From positions 496,001-560,000 of the forward strand of contig NC_052168.1 in assembly GCF_902713615.1 (NCBI RefSeq): a stretch of DNA of 64,000 nt, read 5' to 3'. Positions 23,999-36,720 of the stretch are shown piece after piece (position 1 is the first letter of the stretch; each line of letters opens with the position of its first letter). The notes below the pieces were generated by a model. It was not told the origin of the DNA. It worked only from the letters and a program-made list of their open reading frames with translations, and did not search any database. The position numbers were made by a program, and so were the translations under genes. The DNA comes from Scyliorhinus canicula (Eukaryota).

Positions 23999-25126
23999 TT
24001 CGTGGCCCTCTCGAGTTACCAGAGGCTCTGTCTCCTTCAACACCTACTCTGGCTACTACTCCGGCTTTGAATGATGCACCTCGGTCTGGCTTCCAGAATG
24101 CAACAAGTTGCTGCTGACCCGACCCCGCAGTCTGTCCAGATCTCCCCCAGACCTGCTCTGACGTGACAGAGGATCAATGAGGTCTCCTAGCAACAGCCAT
24201 ACACACACAGGGAGCAAACAGCGAATCACCGCAGAGGGATCTCATTGTCCTGATTTCCCAAGTCCTGTCCCTTTCTCCCTTTGCTCCAGTTGCCAGGAAT
24301 TGCCATTGCTGGCTCCAGGATCTGTACCATCCCCACAGATCCATCCATCTAGCTGCACTTGCTGAAGTTAGCGGGAAGGAGACACCAACCAGAGGTCAGC
24401 TGGACAAGTTTGCAAACTGACCCTTTGTTATTCACAGAACATCATTGACCATTTCAAATGGAATGTGGCCGGTCTGCTTTCCTTCTGCAGAGTTCCAGAG
24501 GATCTTTAAAATACTGATTGCAAGATCCAGACAGACATCTGTCCAAGAAGTGACTCAGAATTACTGTGTGGAAGGACTGGCTTGTGGAAGGACTGGCTTG
24601 TGGGAGGATAGCCCAAGGTTAGAGAGCATTATTGGAGACTTCAGCTGACATTTCCAGAGAAAGTTAAAGGTACAATAAAAGTTGCATGTTCAGTAAAGCT
24701 AGTAATTTTCAAACACATCTGGAATGGTACACAATGATTAGCACAATGATTAGTATAGTGAATAGTACAAAATAATTTACCTGGCACACCTCTCACTTCA
24801 TCCAATCCACTTGATGTTTTAAATTTTAACCAACTATATTCACAGATGGTCTGGGAGAAATGTGACTGAATTCAGGCAATGAGTGACAACAACACCTTTG
24901 AGTTTATACAGCGAGCGGAATGTTAAAATAGCTCCCAGGGCGGATGTCCAAAAACTTGGTCAAAAAAGTAGATTTTAAGGAGTGACTGAAAAGGGGAAAA
25001 GAGAGTTAAAGAGGAGCAAGAGGGAACTCCAGATTTTGGAGCATTGGGACTGAAGGCACAGCTACCAATGACAGAACACAAACAAAAACTGGGAATGCTC
25101 AACGTGCATTGGAGCTGGAGGAGCAT

Positions 25127-26963
25127 AGAGATAGAACATAGAACATAGAACAATACAGCGCAGTACAGGCCCTTCGGCCCTCGATGTTGCACCGACATGG
25201 AAAAAAAACTAAAGGCCATCTAACCTACACTATGCCCTTATCATCCATATGCTTATCCATTAAACTTTTAAATGCCCTCAATGTTGGCGAGTTCACTACT
25301 GTTGCAGGTAGGGCATTCCACGGCCTCACCACTGTTTGCGTAAAAAACCCACCTCTGACCTCTGTCCTATATCTATTACCCCTCAATTTAAGGTTATGTC
25401 CCCTCGTACTAGCCACCTCCATCCGCGGGAGAAGGCTCTCGCTGTCCACCCTATCTAACCCTCTGATCATTTTGTATGCCTCTATTAAGTCACCTCTTAA
25501 CCTTCTTCTCTCTAACGAAAACAACCTCAAGTCCATCAGCCTTTCCTCATAAGATTTTCCCTCCATACCAGGCAACATCCTGGTAAATCTCCTCTGCACC
25601 CGTTCCAAAGCTTCCACGTCCTTCCTATAATGAGGCGACCAGAACTGTACACAATACTCCAAATGCGGCCGTACCAGAGTTTTGTACAGCTGCAACATGA
25701 CCTCATGGCTCCGGAACTCAATCCCTCTACCAATAACGGCCAACACACCATAGGCCTTCTTCACAACCCTATCAACCTGGGTGGCAACTTTCAGGGATCT
25801 ATGTACATGGACACCGAGATCCCTCTGCTCATCCACACTACCAAGAATTTTACCATTAGCCAAATATTCCGCATTCCTGTTATTCTTTCCAAAGTGAATC
25901 ACCTCACACTTCTCCACGTTAAACTCCATTTGCCACCTCTCAGCCCAGCTATGCAGCTTATCTATGTCCCTCTGTAACCTGCAACATCCTTCCGCACTGT
26001 CTACAACTCCACCGACTTTAGTGTCGTCTGCAAATTTACTCACCCAACCTTCTGCGCCCTCCTCTAGGTCATTTATAAAAATGACAAACAGCAACGGCAC
26101 AGAACAGATCCTTGTGGTACACCACTCGTAACTGAACTCCATTCTGAACATTTCCCATCAACCACCGCCCTCTGCCTTCTTTCAACAAGCCAATTTCTGA
26201 TCCACATCTCTAAATCACCCTCAATCCCCAGCCTCCGTATTTTCTGCAATAGCCGACCGTGGGGAACCTTATCAAACGCTTTACTGAAATCCATATACAC
26301 CACATCAACTGCTCTACCCTCGTCTACCTGTTCAGTCACCTTCTCAAAGAACTCGATAAGGTTTGTGAGGCATGACCTACCCTTCACAAAACCATGCTGA
26401 CTATCCCTAATCATATTATTCCTTTCTAGATGATTATAAATCGTATCTCTTATAATCCTCTCCAAGACTTTACCCACAACAGACGTGAGGCTCACCGGCC
26501 TATAGTTACCGGGGTTATCTCTACTCCCCTTCTTGAACAAAGGGACCACATTTGCTATCCTCCAGTCCTCTGGCACTATTCCTGTAGCCAATGATGACAT
26601 AAAAATCAAAACCAAAGGCTCAGCAATCTCTTCCCTGGCTTCCCAGAGAATCCTAGGATAAATCCCATCAGGCCCCGGGGACTTATCTATTTTCACCTTG
26701 TCCAGAATTGCCAACACTTCTTCCCTACGCACCTCAATGCCATCTATTCTAATAGCCTGGGTCTCAGCATTCTCCTCCACAACATTATCTTTTTCCTGAG
26801 TGAATACTGACGAAAAGTATTCATTTAGTATCTCGCTTATCTCCTCAGCCTCCACACACAACTTCCCACCACTGTCCTTGACTGGCCCTACTCTTACCCT
26901 AGTCATTCTTTTATTCCTGACATACCTATAGAAAGCTTTTGGGTTTTCCTTGATCCTACCTGA
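25127..26963 (-). mobile_element. CR1-clade LINE (HER1-like), young 5'-truncated copy
   Basis: ORFs 26073-26906 and 25225-26151 are ORF2 RT split by one frameshift near VPQGSVL; (TTCTATG)n tail. Confidence 0.95.
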
Positions 26964-27057
26964 TCTCAGAGTGCTGCGGGGCTAGAGGAGATTACAGATA
27001 TAGGGAGCAGTGAAGACATGGGATTTGAAAACAAGGAATCAAGATATAATTCAGGTA

Positions 27058-27275
27058 GGGCAGCCCAGTGGCACAGTGGTTAGCTTTGCTGCCTACGGCG
27101 CCGACGACCCGGGTTCGAATCCCGGCCCTGGGTCACTGTCTATGTGGAGTTTGCAAGTTCTCCCCGTGTCTGTGTGGGTTTCACCCCCACAACCCAAAGA
27201 TGTGCAGGATAGGTGGATTGGCCATGTTAAATTGCCCATAATTGGAAAAATAATTGGGTACTCTAAATTTAAAAA
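27058..27275 (+). mobile_element. V-SINE, A-tailed subfamily, with 16-bp TSD
   Basis: TSD AAGATATAATTCAGGT at 27041-27056 and 27276-27291; B box GGTTCGAATCCC. Confidence 0.92.
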
Positions 27276-27304
27276 AAGATATAATTCAGGTCAGTGAGCA
27301 TTGG

Positions 27305-27963
27305 AATAGGTAGAGTTGCAGGTGGACATGGGGGTGAAGAAGGCTAGTTTTTAATGGTCAGAATATTGAATACAGGAGTTGGGACATCTTGTTGAAGTTG
27401 TACAAGACGTTGGTAAGACCACACATGGAATACTGTGTTCAATTCTGGTCACCCTGATTATAGGAAGGATATTGTTAAACTAGAAAGAGTGCAGAGGAGA
27501 TTTACGAGGATGCTACCAGGACTTGATGGTCTGAGTTATAAGGAGAGGCTGGATAGGCTGGGACTTTTTTCCCTGGAGCGTAGGAGGCTTAGGGGTGATC
27601 TTATAGAGGTCTATAAAATAATGAGGAGCACAGATAAGGTAGATAGTCAACATCTTTTCCCAAAGGTAGAGGAGTCCAGAACTAGAGGGCATAGGTTAAA
27701 GGTGAGAGGGGAGATTTACAAAAGAGACCAGAGGGGAAATTTCTTTACACAGAGGGTGGTGAGCATCTGGAACGGGCTGCCAGAGGCAGTGGTAGCGGTG
27801 GGAACAATATTTCCCTTTAAAAAAGTTATTTACATGGGCAGGGTGGGTATAGAGGGATATGGGCCAAATGTGGGCAAGTGGGACTAGCTTAGTGATAGAA
27901 ACTGGACGGCATGGACAAGTTGGGCCGAAGGGCCTGTTTCCATGCTGTAAACATCTCTGACTC
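27305..27963 (+). mobile_element. CR1 LINE 3' fragment
   Basis: LERVQRRFTRMLPGL...FSLERRRLRGDLIEVYKIM; CR1 3'UTR GGGCCGAAGGGCCTG. Confidence 0.92.
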
Positions 27964-28079
27964 TAACAAGACTTGATTTGAGTAAGGTGCAGAGTTTTGG
28001 ATGATCTGAGGTTTACACAAGGTGGAGGTGGGAGGTTAGCCAGGAGTGTGTTGGAAAAGCCCAATCTTAAAATTAAATC

Positions 28080-28790
28080 TTTATGGCATGTGGGCTTCGC
28101 TGGCTGGGCCAGCATTTGTTGCCCATCCCTAATTGCCCTTGAGAAGGTGATGGTGAGCTGCCTTGAACCGCTGCAGTCCATATGGTGTAGGTACACCCAC
28201 AGCGCTGTTAGGGAGGGAGTTCCAGGATTTTGACCCAGTGACAATGAAGGAACAGCTGATATATTTCCAAGTCAGAATAGTGAGGGATTTGGAGGGGAAC
28301 AGGTGATGGCGTTCCCATGTATCGACTACCCTTGTCCTTCTGGATGGCTGTGGGTTTGGTGGGTTGTACCATGTACTCATACAGGCAAGTGGAGAGTATT
28401 CCATCACACTCCTGATTCAATTCTGGTAATGCAATTGAATGTCAAGGGGTGATGGTTAGATCCCCTCTTTTAAGAGATGGTCATTGCCTGGTACTTGTGT
28501 GGCACGAATGTAGCTTGTCGCATGTCAGCCCCAAGCCTGGATATTGTCCAGGTCTTGCTGCCTTTGGACATGGACTGCTTCATTATCTGAGGAGTCGCGA
28601 ATGGTGCTGAACATTGTGCAGCCATCAGCAAACATCCCCACTTTGCCCTTATGTTGGAAGGAAGGTCATTGATGAAGCAGCTGAAGATGGTTGGGTAGGA
28701 CACTACCCTGAGGAACTCCTGCAGTGATGTCCCAGGGCTGAGATGTCTGACCTCCAACAACAACAACCATTTTCCTTTGTGCCAGGTATG
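28080..28790 (-). mobile_element. CR1/L2-group LINE 3' fragment
   Basis: GSKSWNSLPNSAVGVPTPYGLQRFKAAHHHLLKGN; CFINDLPS. Confidence 0.75.
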
Positions 28791-29573
28791 AACTAAGGAA
28801 AGATCAGAATCAGACAATAATGTAGAGATGGAAATAAGCAGGCTTATTAATGGGGTTGATGTGTGGTCAGAGCTCATTTTGAGGCATATTTGCTTCAGCC
28901 TTCAAGACATTTACTGAGGAAAGGGTATGAAACCTAACTGGAATCCAGCCTATATTGCAGCTGTTCCATTTATCAAATTGCTGTTTATCCCTTTAAATTT
29001 CTGATCCTTCCTTTCAATTCTACCACTCCAAATTTCTGTCCGTTTATTTCTCTTTATTTGATCATTTCATCTCGATCTGTCTGTCTCTCTTCCTTACCTC
29101 CCAATCTCCGTCTCCCAATACTCACTTCCTCCATTTAAATTGTCTTTTTTCTGCCTCATTCCCATTTCCCTCTTATACTCTTTTTGTTTTGAAAGCATCC
29201 AACCTACTGGTCTCACCTATTTCCTGTGGTAACAAATCACACATTGGAACCATTCAGATGTGAATCCGAAACATTCATTCCACATCTACCCTGTACAACC
29301 TATTCATAATTTTAAAGATTTCTGTCAGGTCTTTTCAAAGTTTTTCTCATCAAAAGAAAATTGGCCCAACTTGTATCTTTCCGCAATAGTTATAATGTTC
29401 TTTGTTCTAGTAGCATCTTTGTGGATGTTTTTTGTACTTTCTGCACTGTTTCTATATCCTTTCAACAGTTCAGAGATCGGAACTAATCACAGACCTGACC
29501 CAGGTTCCTACACAATTTTATCCTGTTTCTCTATGTTTAAAATTCACTGAGTATGGGACCCCGATTTCACCAG

Positions 29574-29820
29574 TAATAATAATAATTTTTATTAGTGTCA
29601 CGAGTAGGCTTACATTAACACTCCAATGAAGTTACTGTGAAAAGCCCCTAGTCGCCACATTCCGGCGCCTGTTCAGGTACAGGGGAGAATTCAATGTCCA
29701 ATTCACCTAACAAGCACGTCTTTCGGGACTTGTGGGAGGAAACCGCAGCACCCGGAGGAAACCCACGCAGACACAGGGAGGCATATGGAGTACAGATTCA
29801 GTACTAGGACGCAGTGACCA
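29574..29820 (-). mobile_element. V-SINE with (ATT)n-ended tail
   Basis: V core plus tail shared with 17240 and 46284 copies. Confidence 0.85.
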
Positions 29821-30268
29821 TGAGCTTAGGCAGTGATTGCCAATAATCGAGAGACGTTGTTGATACAGTGTTTGTGACCCAGAAATAAATCTTTTCCCCA
29901 TTTTGGGAGTGTTTATTTGCAATGGTCAAACTATTACTTAAGCAGGTAGGTAAAAATGGATGAAATGTATTTTTTTCAAATGCCTTCCCCAGTCAAATAG
30001 CCTGAATGGCCTCACAGCTCAGACTGAGCTGTTGTGGGTGGTGTTGGAACCTGACCCCAGACCTCAGTTTGGGACCTTCAGAACTTGTCTTTAGTTTGTT
30101 TTTGGAAAGTTGGAATCTATATTTCTACTATTATAACATTGAACACACTTCACAAGTGCTCTACTGACTAGGAACCGCTCTGGGAGGCGCAGTGGTGTAA
30201 AAGGGCGCGATATAAATGTAAGTATTTTCCACAGCTCATGCATGGTGAGGAGAAAATAGACTGGCCCA

Positions 30269-30283
30269 ACATTCCGGGAATGT
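30269..30283. promoter_or_regulatory. Candidate composite site: inverted TEAD (MCAT) motifs overlapping a STAT GAS motif
   Basis: ACATTCC-G-GGAATGT palindrome containing TTCCGGGAA; motif match only. Confidence 0.3.
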
Positions 30284-30317
30284 CATGTGTCCATATTCCC
30301 AAATCCCCCAGAAACGG

Positions 30318-33300
30318 CCCAATCCCTGGGCTGCTGGATCCAATCCCCGTAGCTGGATCCAATCCCTGGGTCGCTGGATCCAGTGCCCGGGCCGCTGGAT
30401 CCAATCCCCGGGTCGCTGGATCCAGTGCCCGGGCCGCTGGATCCAATCCCCATAGCTGGATCCAGTACCAGGGCCGCTGGATCCAGTGCCCGGGCCGTTG
30501 AATTCAGTGCCTGGGGTGCTGGATCCAGTGCCTGGGCCGCTGGATCCAATACCCGGGCCGTGGATCCAGTTCCCGGGCCACTGTATCCAATCCCCGGGCT
30601 GCTGGATCCAATCCCCGGCCGCTGGATCCAGTGCCCGGGTCGCTGGATCCAATCCCCGGGCCGCTGGGTCCAATCCCTGGGCCCCTGGATCCAAGACCCG
30701 GGCCGCTGGATCCAATCCATGGATCGCTGGATCTAATCCCCACCCCGCTGGATCCAATCCTCGGGCCGTGGATCCGGTTCCCGGGCCGCTGGATCCAGTG
30801 CCCGGGCCGCTGGATGTAATCCAAGGGCCGCTGGATCCAGTGCCCGAGCCGCTGGATCCAATCCCTGGGCCGCTGGATCCAGTGTTCGGTCCCCAGGATC
30901 CAATCCCCGGGCCGCTGGATCCAGTGACCGGGCCGCTGGATCCAATCCCAAAGCAGTGGATCCAGTTCCCGGGCCGCTGGATCCAATCCCCGGGCCGCTG
31001 GATCCAATCCCTGGGCCGCTTGATCCAGTGCCCGGGCCGCTGGATCTAATCCCCGGCCTGCTGGATCCAGTGACCTGGCCGCTGGATCCAATCCCAAAGC
31101 CATGGATCCAGTTCCCGGGCCGCTGGATCCAATCCCTGGGCCGCTGGATCCAGTGCCCGGGCCACTGGATCCAATCCCTGGGCTGCTGGATCCAGTGCAC
31201 GGGCCGCCGGATCCAATCCACGGCCGCTGGATCCTATACCCGGGCCGCTGGATCCAGTACCTGGGCCGCTGGATCTAATCCCTGGGCCGCTGGATCCAGT
31301 GCCTGGGCCGCTGGATCCAATCCCTGGGCCGCTAGATCCAGTGTCCGGGCCGCTGGATCCAATCCCAGGGCCGCTGGATCCAATCCCCGGGCCGCTGGAT
31401 CCTGTGACCGGGCCGCTGGATCCAATCCCAAAGCCGTGGATCCAGTTCCCGGGCTGCTGGATCCAATCCCCGGGCCGCTGGATCCAGTGCCCGGGCCGCT
31501 GGATCCAATCCCCGGCCCGCTAGATCTAGTGCCCGGGCCGCTGGATCCAACACCCGGGCTGCTGGGTCCACATGCCCGGGCTGCTGGATCCAATCCCCGG
31601 CCACTGGATCCAATCCCTGGGTCGCTTGATCCAGTGCCCAGGCCGCTGGATCTAATCCCTGGGCCGCTGGATCCAATCCCAGGGCCGCTGGATCCAATCC
31701 CCGGGCCGCTGGATCCAGTGTTCAGGCCGCTGGATCCAATAACAGGGCCGCTGGATCCAGTATCCGTGCAGCTGGATCCAATCCCTGGGCAGCTGGATCC
31801 AGTGCCCAGGTCACTGGATCCAATCCTAGGGTTGCTGGATCCAGTGCCCGGGCCGCTGGATCCAATCCCAGGGTCGCTGGATCCAATCCCTGGGCCGCTG
31901 GATCCAGTGCCCAGGCCACTGGATCCAATCCCAGGGCCGCTGGATCCAGTGCCCGGGCCGCTGGATCCATTCCCAGGGTCGCTGGATCCAGTGCCCAGGC
32001 CGCTGGATCTAATCCCCGGGCCGCTGGATCCAATCCCCGGTCGCTGGATCCAATGTTCGGGCCGCAGGATCCAATCCCTTGGCCGCTGGATCCAGAGCCC
32101 ATGCCACTGGATCCAATCCCAGGGCCGCTGGATCCAATCCCCGGGCCGCTGGATCCAATCCCCGGGCCGCTGGATCCAGTATTCGGGCCGCTGGATACAA
32201 TCCCTGGGCCGCTGGATCCAGTGCCCAGGCCACTGGATACAATCCACGGGCTGCTGGCTCCAGTTCCCGGGACGCTGGATCCAGTCCCCGGGCCGCTGGA
32301 TCCAATCCTCGGGACGCTGGATCCAATCCCTGGGCCGCTGGATCCAGTGCCCGGGCCGCTGGAACCAATCCCAGGGCCGCTGGATCCAGTGCCCAGGCCG
32401 CTGGATCCAATCCCAGGGCCGCTGGATCCAATCCCTGGGCCGCTGGATCCAGTGTCCGGGCCGCTGGTTCCAGTGTCCGGGCTGCTGGATCCAATCCCCG
32501 GGCCACTGGATCCAATCCCAGGGCCGCAGGATCCAGTGCCCTGTCCGCTGGATCCAATCCCTGGGCCGCTGGATCCAGTGCCCTGGCCACTGGATCCAAT
32601 CCCAAGGCCGTTGGATCCAGTGCCCGGGCCACTGGATCCAATCCCAGGGCCGCTGGATCCAATCCCCGGGCCGCTGGATCCAATCCCCGGGCCGCAGGAT
32701 CCAGTGTTTGGACCGCTGGATCCAGTATCCGGGCCGCTGGATCCAATCCGAGTGCCGCAGGATCCAGTGCATGGGCCGCTGGATCCAATCCCTGGGCTGC
32801 TGGATCCAGTGCCCAGGCCACTGGATCCAATCCCAGGGCCGCTGGATCCAGTGCCCGGGCCACTGGATCCAATTGCAGGGTTGCTGGATCCAGTGCCCGG
32901 GCCGCTGGATCCAATCCCTGGGCCGCTGGATCCAGTGCCCAGGCCACTGGATCCAATCCTAGGGTCGCTGGATCCAGTGCTCAGGCCACTGGATCCAATC
33001 CTAGGGTCGCTGGATCCAGTGCCCGGGCCGCTGGATCCAATCCATGGGTCGCTGGATCCAATCCCTGGGCCGCTGGATCCAGTGCCCAGGCCACTGGATC
33101 CAATCCCAGGGCCGCTGGATCTAGTGCCCGGGCCGCTGGATCCAATCCCAGGGTCGCAGGATCCAGTGCCCAGGCCGCTGGATCTAATCCCCGGGCCACT
33201 GGAACCAATCCCCGGGTCGCTGGATCCAGTGTTTGGGCCGCTGGATCCAATCCCTGGGCCACTGGATCCAATCCCCTGGCTGCTGGATCCAGTGCCCAGG

Positions 33301-34522
33301 CCGCTATATCCAATTCCTGGGCAGCTGGATCCAATCCCAGGGCCGCTGGATCCAATCCCAGGGCCGCTGGATCCAGTGTCCGGGCCGCTGGAACCATTGT
33401 CTGGACCGCTGGATCCAGTGTCCGGGCTGCTGGATCCAATCCCTGGGCCACTGGATCCAATCCCTGGGCCGCTGGATCCAGTGCCCAGGCCACTGGATCC
33501 AATCCCATGGCCGCTGGATCCAGTGCACGGGCCGCTGGATCCAATCCCTGGGCCGCTGGATCCAGTGCCCGGGCCACTGGATCCAATCCCAGGGTCGCTG
33601 GATCCAATCCCAGGGCCGCTTGATCCATTCCCCGGTCCGCTGGATCCAATCCCCGGGCCGCAGGATCCAGTGTTCGGGCCGCTGGATCCAATCCCAGGGC
33701 CGCTGGATCCAGTATCCGGGCCGCTGGATCCAATCCGAGGGCCGCTGGATCCAGTGCACGGGCCGCTGGATCCAATCCCTGGGCCACTGGATCCAGTGCC
33801 CAGGCCACTGGATCCAATCCCAGGGCCGCTGGATCCAGTGCCCGGGCCGCTGGATCCAGTGCCCGGGCCGCTGGATCCAATCCCTGGCCGCTGGATCCAG
33901 TGCCCAGGCCACTGGATCCAATCCTAGGGTCGCTGGATCCAGTGCTCAGGCCACTGGATCCAATCCTAGGGTCGCTGGATCCAGTGCCCGGGCCGCTGGA
34001 TCCAATCCCAGGGTCGCTGGATCCAATCCCTGGGCCGCTGGATCCAGTGCCCAGGCCACTGGATCCAATCCCAGGGCCACTGGATCTAGTGCCCGGGCCG
34101 CTGGATCCAATCCCAGGGTCGCAGGATCCAGTGCCCAGGCTGCTGGATCTAATCCCCGGGCCACTGGAACCAATCCCCGGGTCGCTGGATCCAGTGTTCG
34201 GGCCGCTGGATCCAATCCCTGGGCCACTGGATCCAATCCCCTGGCTGCTGGATCCAGTGCCCAGGCCGCTATATCCAATTCCTGGGCCGCTGGATCCAAT
34301 CCCAGGGCCGCTGGATCCAATCCCAGGGCCGCTGGATCCAGTGTCCGGGCCGCTGGAACCATTGTCTGGACCGCTGGATCCAGTGTCCGGGCTGCTGGAT
34401 CCAATCCCTGGGCCACTGGATCCAATACCAGGGCCGTTGTATCCAGTGCCCGGGCCACTGGATCCAATCCCAGGGTCGCTGGATCCAGTCCCAGGGACGC
34501 TTGATCCAGTATCCGGGCCGCT
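30318..34522. repeat. 21-bp GC-rich minisatellite GGGCCGCTGGATCCA(ATCCCN/GTGCCC), about 200 units, runs into a gap
   Basis: Direct inspection; BamHI site in most units. Confidence 0.97.
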
Positions 34523-35022
34523 NNNNNNNNNNNNNNNNNNNNNNNNNNNNNNNNNNNNNNNNNNNNNNNNNNNNNNNNNNNNNNNNNNNNNNNNNNNNNN
34601 NNNNNNNNNNNNNNNNNNNNNNNNNNNNNNNNNNNNNNNNNNNNNNNNNNNNNNNNNNNNNNNNNNNNNNNNNNNNNNNNNNNNNNNNNNNNNNNNNNNN
34701 NNNNNNNNNNNNNNNNNNNNNNNNNNNNNNNNNNNNNNNNNNNNNNNNNNNNNNNNNNNNNNNNNNNNNNNNNNNNNNNNNNNNNNNNNNNNNNNNNNNN
34801 NNNNNNNNNNNNNNNNNNNNNNNNNNNNNNNNNNNNNNNNNNNNNNNNNNNNNNNNNNNNNNNNNNNNNNNNNNNNNNNNNNNNNNNNNNNNNNNNNNNN
34901 NNNNNNNNNNNNNNNNNNNNNNNNNNNNNNNNNNNNNNNNNNNNNNNNNNNNNNNNNNNNNNNNNNNNNNNNNNNNNNNNNNNNNNNNNNNNNNNNNNNN
35001 NNNNNNNNNNNNNNNNNNNNNN
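34523..35022. other. Assembly gap (500 N)
   Basis: N run; the round size suggests a placeholder. Confidence 1.
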
Positions 35023-35550
35023 CTCACTATGGTCGTATCGTCAGCAAACTTGTAGATGGAGTTGGAACCAAGTTTTGCCATGCAGTCGTGTGTGTACAGG
35101 GAGTAGAGTAGGGGGCTAAGTACGCAGCCTTGCGGGGCACCGGTGTTGAGGACTATTGTGGAGGAGGTGTTGGTGTTCATTCTTACTGATTGTGGTCTGT
35201 TGGTCAGAAAGTCAAGGATCCAGTTGCAGAGTGGAGAGCCAAGTCCTAGGTTTTGGAGCTTTGATATGAGCTTGGCTGGGATTATGGTGTTGAAGGCGGA
35301 GCTGTAGTCAATAAATAGGAGTCTGATGTAGGAGTCCTTGTTTTCGAGATGCTCTAGGGATGAGTGTAGGGCCAGGGAAATGGCGTCTGATGTGGACCGG
35401 TTGCGACGGTATGTGAATTGCAGTGGATCAAGGCGTTCCGGGAGTATGGAGGTGATACGCTTCATGATCAGCCTCTTGAAGCCCTTCATTATGACTGAAG
35501 TCAAGTCATTGAGGCACGTTGCCTGGTTCTTCTTTGGTACCGGTATGATT
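35023..35550 (-). mobile_element. Rex1/Babar-clade LINE RT fragment
   Basis: [58 protein letters not shown]. Confidence 0.9.
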
Positions 35551-36720
35551 GTTTAGCCCACTGTGCTAAACCAGCCCCTATCCAGTTCCACTTATTTTAT
35601 GATGTGGTAAATGCTTCATTATCTAAAATGTGATCTGGGTAACTGCCTAGGTCCAACATTGCGGAATCTTCTGAGTTATTCAGTACCAATCTCATTCATT
35701 CCCATTTTCCACACTTGGCTTCTGAAGGTGCAGTTCTGTGGGTTCCTAGAAAATTAGTGCTGGCGGGCTATTTGACAATAGGTATCATCCTAGCTAACTA
35801 ATTCTGTTGACCTGATGTCCAATCACAAACTTCCTATCTGGAGCTGTTGAAAATGATTAGTAATGGGAAGTCTGTCCTCATTAGAGGAGCGGGAATTGTG
35901 GCAGCCTCTACACCACTTGAGCAACAACGAAAGCACATCCACCAGGTGCATCACTTTTATCTAGAAAAGGGGCCTCGAGTTGTGCGAGTACTGCTCGGTT
36001 TACAGCTGTGATCTCGTCTTCACACGTTACAGACAAGTTCTTTGATCCACCTTAGTTCACTCAGCCATTGTCAGGCTAATAATAATGTTGATCTTTGAAC
36101 CTCCTCCACCTCTTCTGTCTTCACCTCAACCCTCTCAATGTTATTTAGAAAATGTCATTTTGTTTTCCTGTTTATGACCAGTTCTTTATATTTGTCTATC
36201 TCTAGCCGAGTAGTAATACTCACTATTTGCTGTCAGAGTTGCTCAATTAAACATAACTTAAAACTGATTAAGTGTTCATTGCAGTGTGTTTGATCTTGCT
36301 GTCCACACTTTGTCCCCTGTTGGTTGTCATATCGAGCAGACAATAATTCAGATGTTCAGCTTGAAGTGCCTTGCAAATTCTGAAAAGTCCAATTGTAAAT
36401 AAATGCTTTTCCTCCACATTAAATTTCCTCAGTGACTGACATTCTGACCAACTAATTACATCATTTCCGAGCCACTTTCTCTGAATCTACTGTCTACATT
36501 TCACTGGGTTACTGTACATTAGAAACAGGACGGGTCTCAGTACCAAATCCTGTAATCCCACTTCCGATTCCCATACTCTCTCCTCCACTCAGTACAGTCT
36601 CACCCAGACATTAAAAACTTAAAATATTGGAAATACTCTGTGGGGAGATTTATGTTCAGGTCAATGATCGTTAATCAGAACTGGAAAGAGTTCTAAAGCA
36701 AGTTTAGATGCAGAGAAAGC

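Noticed and set aside
24159-24166. CRE-like TGACGTGA upstream of the DKK-like ATG
   Set aside because: Single imperfect 8-mer and TSS unknown
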